From: the human T2T-CHM13v2.0 reference genome, Homo sapiens
DNA length: 64,000 bases
Strand: one strand, 5' to 3'
NCBI RefSeq assembly: GCF_009914755.1
Contig: NC_060936.1
The notes beneath the pieces were generated by a model. It made no database searches and was not told the DNA's origin. It saw nothing but the letters and a program-made list of their open reading frames with translations. Below, one piece after another: positions 48,060 to 60,494 of the stretch. Every line of letters starts with the position of its first letter. The stretch's first letter is position 1. The translations under genes and the position numbers were made by a program.

Positions 48060-48930
48060 TGATGTCAGTCTGAGGAAGGTCATTTGAAGTCCTTACTGTA
48101 CAAGTCCAGATTTTAAGGAAAATGAGTCCCGCGATGAGTTTTCTCATGCTTTGGCCGTGCATGGACAAGTCAGCTTCCGGGAGTGACTGGAGCAAGACTT
48201 GTCATCTTCTTCAGAGTCACTTTGCAGGGGTTGGCAAAGCTGCTCCCATCCACGTACAGCTCACAAGTCTATTGATGTTCAAGGATGGTCTCAGAGGTTG
48301 GGCCCACTAGAATAAACTGAGTCCAATACCTTTACACAGTTATGTTTAACTGGGCTCTCTGATACTGGGGGCAAGGTGGCATGGTTTAGGGTGTTGCAAA
48401 CTTCAATGGTTATGCGGGGATTTTCACATAGCAAGCTTTGGTACTTGGTTAATCTAGCATTTGTTAGCCAATGATGTCCTTTGGTATTCATCAAAGTTAC
48501 CACAGCATGGGGGGTCCTTTGATATTCATCAAAGTTACCAGAGCATGGGGGGGCCTTTATATTCAGGTTTTGCCCAAGGGTTAGTTTATCTACTTCTTGT
48601 GCTAACAGGGCCGTTGCTGCCGGGGCACTTAGACATGGGAGCCAGCCTTTGGAAACCCCATCTAGTTATTTTGAGAGATAGGCCACTGGCCTTGGCCAGG
48701 GCCCCACAGTCTGGGTGAAAACTCCAACTGCCATTTTTTCTCTTTCTGACACATAGAGTGTAAAGGGTTTTGTCAAGTCAGGTAGCCCCATGGCTGGGGC
48801 CGACATGAGTTTTTATTTTAACTCATGAAAAGGTTGTTGCTGTTGGTTGTAATAGATGTAGTTTATCCAATCTACATTTTTATTAACTGTCATCTACCAA
48901 AATATTGACTCAAATCTTACAGCTATTTGA
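48060..48930 (-). pseudogene. Gammaretroviral pol fragment (RT-RNaseH tether)
   Basis: GHHWLTNARLTKYQSLLCENPRITIEVCNTLNHATL. Confidence 0.82.
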
Positions 48931-48932
48931 TT

Positions 48933-49960
48933 TCAGGCTTTAAATTGATCTGGTATTCCCTGTGGGATTTCAATTGTGTCTAAATAGACGTGAGAGTCAA
49001 AAGACCCATAAGGGGCTACTCTCACTTTACGATGTCTTATTTTTCCTCCCTCTGGTTGATGAAATGCCAGGGCGAAAGGCATAGCCAATTGGACTAAAGT
49101 ACAAGTGCCACTCCAGTTATTTTGCAGAGTGCCCAGTAAAGGTCCACCACAATACCACTGCACATCCACTCAGGGATGAACAAGGGCTGATTGATTCATA
49201 AGCTCTTGAAAATTCTTAAGCTCACTGCATCCCTTCAGGTCTCCAAGGAACGCTAAGTTTCCTCCCTGTCGTGAGAGACACGAAGTGGGAGACAGAAGCT
49301 GGATAGCCCTCGGGGGCTGACCCGCAGAGTGCCAGACTTTTGGGATATAGCAGAGAGAGAGCTTGGCATGACTTATTACTCCAGGCTGTAGAATGCTGGA
49401 AAAGAGCTACCACACAGCCCATGCCTGGTCGACTGGAGGACCACCTTGGCGGAAAGGGGACAATCTGGGCCTCTGGCCTGCCATGTGCACAAGCATAACA
49501 ATTGCTTTTGTTTAACATGTGGATGGAATATTAGATCCATTCCAACCAGGCATTTGCATCTTGGTATCCTATCTTAATTGCCAAAGTTTGTTTTAAGTCT
49601 TTAACTTCTGTGATCCTCTAGTACAGTGAATGTATATGATTTTAGGAAATTACAAAAACCAGTTGGTGCAGTCCATCCATGCTCTTTAGTGTACACAGAA
49701 CATTGGACCAACTATGGCATAAATGCTCTACAATGGGGGGCAAGAATCCTGGTTGTCACTGGGGTCTTTACTGAAATCTCCCTGGATTAAATGGTCCCAA
49801 TTTACTGATTCCCAGTCTGAGAAGAGTCAGGAGGGACAGAGGTACTTTTCTGAAGTAGAGAGCTGTCTTTGACTTGGCAAGTCCCCACAGGGTATAACAA
49901 GGCAAGCATTAAAAGCAATAGTTTGAGGTGAAATTGACTTGGTTATGTTAATAACTAGAT
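48933..49960 (-). pseudogene. HERV-I(P10)-like env SU relic
   Basis: SNCYACAHGRPEAQIVPFP; WYCGGPLLGTLQNNWSGTCTLVQLAMPF; YGSFDSHVYLD. Confidence 0.72.
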
Positions 49961-52900
49961 GGTCAGCAATAGAGTGAGGAAAGAAAGAGTAATAGAATAG
50001 ATGAAAGAGTTAAATTTTTCTTAGCTTCAGTTTGGTAGAGTTTTCCCCTGGAGAAAACCCTTTCCATGACTCTGGAGGGGGGTGGCGCTTTCTTGACTTG
50101 CATGTGATAAGTCCATCGTTTTTTCACTGTGCGAGCAGCAGTGATTAGAAGCACAAGGTAGGGTCCTTCCTAGGCTGGCTCAAGTTTCCCTTCTTTTCAC
50201 TCTTTGATGAAAACATGATCTTCAGGCTGGTGCTCATTTACCAGAAATTCTAGGGGTGGTACATGTGCTAAAAGACTTTTAGTTTTGAGGGAAAGGAAAG
50301 TGGAAGATAAACCAAGTGCACAATTTTTAAGAAATTGACCTTTTGTTTTAAATGTGGGGACTCGAGCCAGCCCAGGAAGGACCCTACCTTGTGCTGCTAA
50401 TCTCTGCTGTTCGCACAGTGAGAAAAGGATGGACTCATCACACCTGAGTCAAGAAAGTGCCAACCCCCTCCAGACAGTGGACTTTATAGTCCTTGGTGTC
50501 TTTCTACTGAGAAATTTCCTTTAGCACCTATTTTTATTAGTTTTTAGACCAAAGAAGCCGAACACCATTTTATATCTGACAGTGCTTCCTGTATGATTCT
50601 TATACCAGATAAGCTAAATTTCACCTTTTTATTAGTGTGTAATTAATGTTAAACTTAGTTTTAATAAAATTTATAGACATATTTATTCAATTTTTAATGT
50701 CGGACCATAAGGTAAGATTTTTATAGACTCTTTTTAACCTTTTATAACCTTTTATAATCTTTTTAACCTTTTACAATCTTTTGTTAAAGAGCAGGTTAGC
50801 CCTTTAAGAAAAACCTGTTGTGTTTTTACTTTAATGTCCAGTTCACAGAAAAACTGGATGATACCCCTTCAACTTTAGCTAATATGTTTACACATATTAC
50901 ACAGAATTTTCTTTACAATTAACTTTTTAAAACTTGCTTAAACCTTCAAAACAAAAATTTTTAACCTTTTAATATAGGTAAAATGTTACATTCTTATGCC
51001 TCCTTATAACCCTTTTACCAAAGGTATAATTTACTTTCCTTATACACCTTGCACATAAACTGTTGCTTCAGTAGTACTCAGGAGGCCTAATTACTTTTAA
51101 ATTATGCATCATTTCTTGCATAAGTTCTTTTTATAATTTTTTTTCTCTTTCACAGACAATTCTTCGACATGCCTCAACTTTCTGACTTATTACAAACGTT
51201 TCTTTCTTTAAACAACCAGTTAATTTATTTCAGGACAAGAATTTAACATATAACATTCTTTTTACATAAATTCTGTTCCTCCTTCCCCCCCCCCTTTTTT
51301 TTTTTGAAGATGATAACCATTCTTTTCCAAAGTGAACTTCCTTTATGTCTGTGGACTAGACTGTCTAAGGCCACAAGATTAGAAGTTACTATAATACATG
51401 TTACACTGTTAACTTTTAGCAAACTTTACTTTTGTTGAAAACCTTGTAAGTTTGGGATTTCAATTATCCTTTGCTATTAATAAGACCTTGTTTAGTCCAA
51501 ATTAACTTAGAGCTGGTATAGATGGCTTTTTTTTTCCTCCAGTTACCCAGGAGGAATCATCTATCATCCTTTCATGAAGGGAGTTCCTCCTAGGTCTGGT
51601 TAGACCTTTGTATGGTAATTAAGATTTAGATCGCCTGTTAGGAAACCTGCTGGGTTAAGGGAATTTTCAGTGGTTAATGTTAAATCATTTTTTTTTTTGA
51701 TACTTCTGAATTGGTGAGGTGTGCTCACAATGAGGTTTCCTTTAACAGTTATTTTTCTACTTTCTTGTGTTAGCGAAGCAGTTGCCACTACAGACTGAAT
51801 GCATTTGGGCCATCTGCAGGGTACTGGGTTAAGGATTTTTGATAGGAAGGCTTCAGTGCTTTCAGGATATGCCCTTGTTTACACTGACAACCAAGTGGTA
51901 TTGGAGTGTTATAGGATAATGGAGAATACCTTTAATTATCAATTATAGGTTTTTAATTTAACTTGACTTTTAAAGGAATAGGGTACACTTTTTTTCTTAA
52001 CTACTTGTATATCTCTTTCTCTCTTTCTTTCTCTCTTTCTCTCCTTGACTCCCTCTTTATCTCTCTGTCCCTTCCTCTCCCTCTTTGTCTCTTTTTCTCT
52101 CTCTCTCTGCTGGTCTTTCCTTGCCTCTGCCAGCTGCTTATGCTGCTGTTCTCTCAACCACTGTGGCATGGGGTGGATCTAAAACCAGCATAACCAAGTG
52201 TCCATGTATGAGAACTGTTCTGGGTGCCCTGGCTTATAGGTTACCTTGTGCCATACCTTTGAAACAAGGGACCTGTCCAGGCTTCCTTCTGATGGCCAAC
52301 CCACCTCTAATGCTGGCCAATCCATTTCACACAAAGTTCTAAGTTTTCCTGGTGTCATAGTAACACCGTAAGGGGACCTTTCCTGAAATTTTTCAACATA
52401 GTTCCTAGTTGGGTGGGCTTACTTTGTGCCTGACCCATGTGTCCTCGAGACAAAACACCACACTCACACCACATGCACACCACAAAACAAAGAACCAGTA
52501 AAAAGGGCACACACACACGTTTACAGTTTACACCAAACCAGAATGAAAACCAAAATCAGAGTATCAAGAAATCCAAGCCAGGTCAAAACCAACACAAAAA
52601 GTATCAAGCAATCCAAGTCAAGTCAAAAACAAAAACCAAAATACCGGTACAGGCACGTTGTGGGTGATCAGGCCACGCTTCCACTCAAATGGAGTGGGCA
52701 AGTTCCAAAGACCAGTCTTACCAAGTTTCAGATGTCCAAACTCCAAGTGCCAGTTCCTTCCCGGTGTTCAGCCACTGAGTTGATCATCTGCGGGGACCTG
52801 CTGTGCACTGCTCTGACAAGGCACTCCACTGGGGCAATTGCCTACCTGAGAGTGCTGTCTGGATCCACATCTCTCAAGCTGGCTGGAGTCCTCTGCAGGG

Positions 52901-52968
52901 ATGCTCCATAGGGCAGGCCTAAGCCACCTAAGGGGCTGCCTCAACCACCCATCCATTAATCACCTCGC

Positions 52969-52986
52969 TTCCCAGTCAGGGAACCA
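52969..52986 (-). other. Primer-binding site for tRNA-Glu
   Basis: TGGTTCCCTGACTGGGAA, 5 nt downstream of the LTR. Complementary to the tRNA-Glu 3' end with one CpG-type mismatch. Confidence 0.88.
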
Positions 52987-52991
52987 AGAAA

Positions 52992-53446
52992 TGTAGCAGG
53001 ACAAGCTGCAGACAAAATCCTTCAGACACCAAGTTCTAGAAGGAAGGGCTTTATTCAGCCGGGAGCTTCAGCAAGACTCATGTCTGTAAAAACTGAGCTC
53101 CCCAAGTGAGCAATTCCTGTCCCCTTTAAGGACTTACAACTCTAACAGGGTCCACATGAGAGTGTCGTGATCAATTGAGCAAGCAGGGGGTACATGACTG
53201 GGGGATGCATGCACCGATCATCAGAGCAGAACAGGACAGGAATTTTCACAATGCTTTTCCATACAATGTCTGAAATCTATAGATAACATAACCGGTTAGG
53301 TCAGGGGTCAATCTTTAACCAGGCCCAAGGTGTAGCACCGGGCTGTCTGCCTGTGGATTTCATTTCTGCCTTTTAGTTTTTACTTCTTCTTTCTTTGGAG
53401 GCAGAAATTGGGCATAAGACAATATGAGAGGTGGTCTCCTCCCTTA
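52992..53446 (-). promoter_or_regulatory. LTR2 (HERV-E-type 5' LTR)
   Basis: Minus strand reads taagggaggagaccacctctcatattgtcttatgcccaatttctgcctccaaag...cctgctaca. Minus-strand AATAAA at 53050-53055. Confidence 0.92.
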
Positions 53447-53769
53447 ATTCCACTTAGAAAGAAATAGAAAAGCCAAGAGACCTAGACCTTCTTAGTTACC
53501 TAATTTCATTTAATACGAAAATAAGGCATTTAAACTTTACCGAAGAATATTATTTTTCTCCTCTATCTTTAACATAGTACTTCACAATCTCTCAGAAGCA
53601 CAAAATTTTAATAGCTTATAAATGATAAATGTTCTAAACTTTTCTCCAGCACTTATCCTTACTTGGCATTGATAAGAATACCAATTTCTGGAATCCAGGA
53701 ATTATGTACAAAAATTAGAATGTAAGAAAATAATAATGAGAGAAATTCAAATTGTTTAAAAATAGCAAG

Positions 53770-54450
53770 CCTACCCCTAGAAATATAACTCCATTGGCTT
53801 GGGAACCACACTCCCATCCCCCACAGCAGCCACAGCAAGCCATGACCAAGGAGAGTCTCAGCTCAGAAATTCCTAACCCTTCCCCCTCATTATGGTTTTT
53901 CTCTACCCAGCCTGGTAGCCAAAGACAAATGGCGTAATCCCCTGGGAGCTCTATGGCCATGCTCACTGCCTGAGAATCTCGAATATTAATTCAAAGGTGA
54001 CCTTAGGGCAAGTTTGTATCCTCCCTGCACAAACGCAACTGATGTACTCTTAAAAGCACCACCACCTGGCTGTACAGAAAGCAACACAAAATCAGCACAC
54101 TTAGTACAAATACAACCAAGGACCCTCAGAGTTCACTTCACCACCCTGCTTCCTTCACTGGAGCAGGTGCTGGTATCCATGGCTGAGAGACCTGAAGATG
54201 GATCACACCACACGACTCTTTGTAGACACTCCCTAGTACCAGCCCAGAGCCTAGTAGCTCTTCTAAGTGTCTAGATCCAAATGAGAAATAACAGTCAAGG
54301 CAGGGTGTCTCTCAAGAAGCTCCCTTTCTAGGAGAAACAGGAGAGCACCACATCAAGGAAGCAATCCATGCGACAAAAGGATATGAATAGCAGCCCTTAA
54401 GTCACTGATCTTCCCTGTAACATTGTCTACCCAAATGAGGAAAAAAAAAA
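53770..54450 (+). mobile_element. L1PB-type 5' UTR fragment
   Basis: ggagcaggtgctggtatccatggctgagagacctgaagatggatcac motif, ending at an ORF1-start-like caaatgagg. Confidence 0.7.
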
Positions 54451-54542
54451 TACCGTAAAAACTGAATCTATGAAATAACTGTGACACATATATCAAATAT
54501 ATTTTGGGGCAACTATATCAACAAATGTCCCATGAATGATAA

Positions 54543-55164
54543 TGAAATGGTCTCATTGTCAGAAGTAACATGTGAGGTTCATTGTCTCCTTGGCCAAGGA
54601 GAGCAAGGACATGGACACACAAAGAGTGAGGTTGAGAGTAGAAGTTTAATAGGCAAAAGAAAGAGAATAGCTCTGTGCTGCAGAGAGGGGTCCCAGAAAA
54701 ATGGGTTGCCAGATGCACAATGAAATGTAGGGAGTTTTATAGATGATATTGTGAGGAGACAGTGCCTGATTTACACAGGGTGCAAAACACTGTTTAGACC
54801 AGGTGTGCCATTTGCATGGGTTGCAAATTTTTGGTAGCCCCCAACCTATTCTTTAATTGTGCAAGCGAGTTCTCTGCCTGAGCTGCACCATGTTGCCCAC
54901 TCCTCTGTTACTGTACACGTGGTAACAACAACAACCTCCATTTGGACATGCCTGGCCTGGAGGTAGCCCTTTTTGATTGGCACAGCTGCTGGCATTTCCC
55001 TGTGCAAACTTCCAACTTGCTTATCTGTGTTTACAGCTCAATTCCAAGGCTCCTCTTCATTAGAAATGATTTGGGGGGTTGCTTTTTTCTTAGAAGAGAA
55101 ACTCTGCCAAGACTCTGTTGCCCTCAGTATCTGCGTAAATAATTTCTTTCTATGTCCTGTATCA
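54543..55164 (-). mobile_element. 3' LTR (LTR9-like) of a class I provirus
   Basis: TGA...TCA termini. Minus start tgatacaggacatagaaagaaattattt, directly preceded by purine-rich gagtgggaaga (PPT). Confidence 0.8.
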
Positions 55165-58100
55165 TCTTCCCACTCAGGAGTGAAAACCTGAACTGCTCTT
55201 AGCAGGTGTTGTATGACTACTCTTCTGGCTATTTCCTGCTGGAGAGGGGCATCTTGTGGGGAACAGCAGTTGAGGCTCCTCCTGAGGATCTAAGGGTCCT
55301 TGGAAGAAAGGTGGGTCCATGAATGGTTTCATCTGTAACAACATTTGGAATTTAATAGCTTCTAGGTCAGAAGAGATAAATTTTACAACAAGGTTTAGAA
55401 TACAGAGTTTGGATGTGAGTATTAAGATAACCATTATTAGTGGGGGCATTAGAGGCCACAACCACGACAGGGTTTGTTTGGCACCTGTTACCCATTTTGA
55501 TGGGTTATAATACTGGTTTGCCTCCACCAGGTGTCGCTGTACTTTAGTAGACCCATTAATGGAGAAGCACCATTTTTCCAATGTAAATCCAATGTAAGCG
55601 GCATTGGATTGAGCGGCTAGAGTAACTTTAGTGTTAATTTTGGCTAAATCTTTCCTGTAATTATTATTTCTGTTATAAAGATGAAAATTAGGCAGAATAT
55701 TACAGCAATTAGAATTTTTCATACAGAATTCCACATTGTGGGTGCCACAGTGTATAGTCCTACCTACTGCAAATAGAAGAGTGAGTATAGCAATTTCTGC
55801 AAAAGTTATATAATAAATAATTTTCGTCTAAAATTTTACTTGCCAAGATATAGAATTTCCCTTTAAGGGTGTATGGTGTTACAAATGTAATCCCATGGGT
55901 AATCAAAATCTCCCTGCAAATATGCATCAAAAGGAAGTTCTAATAACTGGCAGAGAATCTCTAGAGGAAAGGTAGAAATGATTGAAAGTATCTAGTAAGG
56001 TAGAGGTGGGACTGAGTAGGATGAGTGGCCCTCACTCATTTACTTAATTTTTATGATTTCAGCTTAAGATCTCCTATCTCTTCACATTGATATCCAGAAC
56101 ATTCCTTTGAGACATCAGGAGTTGCTCTGTCAGCTTTCCAGGTTTTGACTCAAGTGTGATGTATTCAGGAGTTGATTCCTGTAACTTTTACCACTGAGGT
56201 GGTTGAAAGAAGAACAGTGTAGCGCCCTTTCAAGGTTGGGATTTAGGAAAGGAGAGAGAGAGGAGAGAGCCTTTACCAATACCAAATCTCCTGGGTTAAA
56301 TAAAGGTTGCCCTATTTCTTGGGTTGGGCTTTTGCTAATTGTGTTAATTTGGTTTGGAAGTGAACTAGGGAGGTTACATGTTTACCACTTCAAAGGTCAG
56401 CCTCTTGGTCTGATAGAAAATCATTTGTAAGGAAAGGCCATCCAAACAGCATTTTAAAAGGACTCAGACCTAACTTTGAAGGGATATTTCTTACCTGCAG
56501 TAAAGCCATGGGAAGAAGAGTGACAGAAGTAAGGTGAGTTTCTTGGGATAGTTTTCTGAGGTGTCTTTTAATAATATCATTTGCCTTCTCTACCTTTCCT
56601 GAGGACCAGGGTCTCCAAGCACAATAGAGATGATACTGTATGCCTAGTGCCTTTCAGATCCCCTGCATGATGGTTGCCTTAAAAGAAGAGCCATTGCCAC
56701 TTTGGAGGTACTTAGGTAGAGCAAATCAGGGAGTTATTTCATTAACTAACAATTTTATTACCTCAAAGCCCTTTTCAGTATGTCATGGAAAGGCTTCTAC
56801 CCAGTTATTGAAAGTGTCTACCCATACCAGGATGTATTGGATGACCTCTGTTGTTGACATGTGGGTGAAGTTTATCTGCTAGTCCTCCCCTGGATAGCTT
56901 CCCATCCTTTGGGTTTGAGGCAGAAAAAGCCACCTGTTGAGGGTATTATTTTTAAGACAGATTTCACAAGCATTAACAACCTCCTTGACTGTTTTTAATA
57001 AGTTCTTTCCTTAAAACAATCTCTGATAACACTGATAAGTTTTATCCTTGAATAAGTGGAAAGTTTGGAGCTTGGTGAAGAATCTTAAGGACTTTCAACT
57101 GGCTGGAGGCTGGCAAGTGGAGTTTGCTGTCCTCTATTAGAGTCTTCTTGAGTACAGAAAAGTGTACCCTCAAGAGATGTCCCATTCTATCTCTACAAAG
57201 GAGTACTGAGGTTTACTTTCTCTTATGGAGCCTTCCCAGGTTAGAGGGGCTTTAAGTGTGTTGAGGCCCTGAGGCTTCCTTACCCCTTACTTGTCTGCCT
57301 GATTAGCTAACTTGTTTCCTTCGACTACTTCATCTGTTCCTTTCTGATGTCCCTTACAATGCATCACTGCAACCTCTCATGGGAGGAAAACTGAGGGTTA
57401 TAATCTGTTAATTTCATAATGGCATTTTATAGGAGATCCATTAGTGGTAAGATAGTGTCTTTCCTTCCAAATGGCAGCATGAGCATAGAGGACTAAGAAA
57501 GCCCACTCAGAGTTAGTGTAAATGTTAGCTACCTTTCCCTTGCTTAATTCAAGTGCTTCCATAATAGCTATCAGTTCAGCTACTTGAGTGCTTGTGCCTG
57601 GTGAGAGGGGCACACTTTTAATAACATCATTCAGAGTGACTACCGTATATCCTGCTTCATGGACTCCTTGCTCTACAAAGGAACTTCCATCCATGAAGAA
57701 TGTTCAGTCTGAATTTCCTAGGAGAATTTCCCTGAGATTTTCCCTTGCTCCATAGGTCTGTACTATAACTTGTTCACAGTCATTTTCAGGTTCTCCAGTT
57801 TCCTTGGGGAGGAAAGTGGCTGGGTTTAGGTGAGAACTGGATTGTAGACCCTTCTAACAGCAAAGCCTGATATTTAAAAAGCCAGCTGTCTCTTGGCCTA
57901 AGCCTTTTCCTAGAAAACAGCAATTCTGCTACATTATGTAGGGTATAAACAGTTAAGCCATATCCCAGGGTTAATTTGGTGGCCTCTGGTACCAGTACAG
58001 TCACTGCAGCAATGGCTTGGAGGCATGCTGGCCATCTTTTAGCCACCAAAATCAGTTTTCTTACTCAGGTTTCCCACTGGCTTTTGAGCTGGTCCTTGAG

Positions 58101-60490
58101 CTTCAGTTAAAATTCCCAAGGCCATTCCCTTTCTTTCTGATACATAAAGATTTCAGGCCCTCCCTGCAAGAAGGCTGAGGGCTGGTACCTCAAGCAAGGC
58201 TTGTTTTAGCTGGTTAAAAGCTTTGAGGGTTTTAGGAAAGGGAAATGAGAAAATGGGCTTAATCCTTTCTTCTCCTAATGCTCTGGTCCCTTCACACGAC
58301 ACTAACTCAGGCACTTCACTGACGTTTGGCAAAGTTGGGCCTTCTATTTTGAAACTTTATATCCTCTGTTGGCTAAAAAATTAAGAAGAGCTTCAGTGCC
58401 TTCCTGAGAAGGTTTCTCAGTTGGGGCACAGAACAGTATGTCATCTACATATTACAAGACCATGGTCTGCAGATGGAAAAACTCAGAGAAGTCCTTTGAC
58501 AGTACCTGTCCAAACAAGTGAGGACTATCTTGAAATCCCTGAGGCAGCATAGTCCATGTTAACTGAATGATTTGGCTGTAGGGCTCTTATAAGGCAAACA
58601 AATATTGAGAGTCAGGATGTAATGATATACAGAAACAGGCATCCTTTAGATCTAGGACCGTGAACCATTTAGTTTTCTCGGGTATTTGAGTCAGCAAGGC
58701 ATAGAGATTAGGGACAATCAGATGAACTAGGACTATGGCCTCATTAATGAGGCAGAGGTCCTGAACTAGTCTCCATTCCCTATTAGGTCTTTGCACTCCT
58801 AATATTGGGGTGTTGCAGGAAATGTTACAGGGTTTGAGGAGGCCCTGCATCTTTAGGTTATTAACATTGGCTTCTAGCCCTTTCCTAGTCTCTGGATTTA
58901 GGGGATATTGTCTCTGGTTAGATAAAGAAGTGGGATCCTTAAGGTGGATCCAGACTGGCCGAGCAGTTATAGCCTGACTTATTCTTCCTTGAGTTGCACA
59001 CGCTTCTGAATTAATATTAGCTTCCACCAGAGGGAGACAAAGAGATTGTCCCAGGGCAATAAGGATGCTGACCTTTATGTGAGCTAAAATATCTCTACCT
59101 AATAAAGGAGTGGGACTTTCAGACATGATTTAAAAGGAATGCGTAAATAATAGGGCCCTCAAACTACAACTACATGGTTGAGAAAAATATTGATTTAGAA
59201 ACTTTTCTGAGATGCCCATCACAGTCATGCTGTGGGAAGATGGGAGGTCTGGATTTGAGAGAAGAGTGAAACTGGTTCCAGTGTTCAGAAGAAGGTCCAC
59301 CCTCATTCCTTCAATTTCCAAAATCACCCAGGGCTCCTGAGCTGTAATAGCAGTTTGAGCAACTGGAGCCAGGGTTTTGAGCCACGTGACCTCATCAGTC
59401 CTGTTGGGCCGTCTGTCAGATGATCAGTTCTGGACTTGGTGACCTCCATCTCCAGGGGCAGTCTGATCTCCAGTTTTCTGCCCCCACAGGCTGGACAGGA
59501 TCAAGGTGGCTTCCTCTTGCTGCCTGTGCAATCTTTTTTAAAGTGCCCTGAGTTGCCATATTCGTATCAACTAGCAGATGCATCCTGGAGATACTGGAAT
59601 TTGCAAGCTTGAAAGCAGCTACTGGAGCCTCTGTCCCTCTCTTGTGTTTCCTTTTTAATCTCTTGGGTCTCCTCCTGGTCTCTATTATAAAAGACCAAGG
59701 TGGCCACCTTCAGGAGGTTTCCCAAGGTGCTGTCTATTCTTGTAGCCTGCTTCTGTAGTTTCTTTCTAATATTACAAGCTGCCCATGTAATAAAAGTCCT
59801 TTAGGATGAGCATTCCTTGAATTAATCAGGAGACAAACAGCTGTGTTCTATTAGTGCCTCTCTCAGTCTTCCAATAAAGGCTAAGGGATTCTCATTTGAC
59901 TTCTGGTCTACCATAGACAGTTTAGAGTAATTAAGAGGTTTGGCCCTAGTTCATCATAGGCCCTTTAATATGCACATTAAAAAGGGGTTTTTTGTTTTGT
60001 TTTGTTTTTCCATTCACTTGTGGAGTCACTGGAGTTCCAATTGGGGTTGCCAAGAGGTACCACCTCTTTTCTTATTGGAAATGGTGATTCCTCTATTTCT
60101 TTGCCTTTCTTATTTTCTCTTTTCCTTTTTGGCCTGCTCTGGAAGACATATTGCTCACTCCAGACTTCTTTGCTCCCTGCACAGCTACCTTTTTTTTTCA
60201 CCAGCTGTTAGCGTTTGGCTTAGAAACAGCATAACATCCCTCCATGTGAGGTAAAACACCTGAGTTAAATTTTAGAAAGCTTATATATCCCTATAAGGGT
60301 GGTCAGAATATTGACCCAAGTCTCCCTTTATTTGCATAAGGTCCTATAATGAGAAGGAAACTTGAACCCTAGTGGCATCATCTCCATTGGGCATTTCCTG
60401 TAGGGGTAAGAGTGAAATTGGGTAAGTGGAAAGTTTTAGAGATGGTGGAACTGGAGGAGTTGATGGCTTGGTTGGAGGAAGCCCCAAATA
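55165..60490 (-). pseudogene. Decayed class I ERV internal region gag-pro-pol-env (HUERS-P3-like), 5' end displaced by an L1
   Basis: Protease LLLNTGTSF (59130-59327). RT WRLVQDL and FTVLDLKDACF (58587-59126) plus YVDD at ~58440-58451. RNaseH DGSS...AELIA...IYTNS (57398-57694). Integrase ~56200-57000. Env TM tail (55174-55734). Many stops and frameshifts. Confidence 0.9.
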
Positions 60491-60494
60491 AGAA

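Larger units (their letters stand above)
46088..53446 (-). mobile_element. Harlequin-type mosaic provirus (LTR2/HERV-E group), 3' LTR missing
   Basis: LTR2 at 52992-53446, tRNA-Glu PBS, two different env relics separated by a pol relic, and a PPT-like tract at ~46088-46110. Confidence 0.88.

Noticed and set aside
52426-52911. 161-aa + strand ORF
   Set aside because: Antisense to the provirus leader, compositionally biased, with no recognisable domain.
52969-52986. tRNA gene fragment
   Set aside because: It is an 18-nt retroviral primer-binding site next to an LTR, not a tRNA gene.
55174-55734. 186-aa ORF as an intact env or syncytin-like gene
   Set aside because: Only the TM anchor and tail are recognisable. 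No signal peptide, furin site or ISU motif, and the surrounding provirus is heavily mutated.
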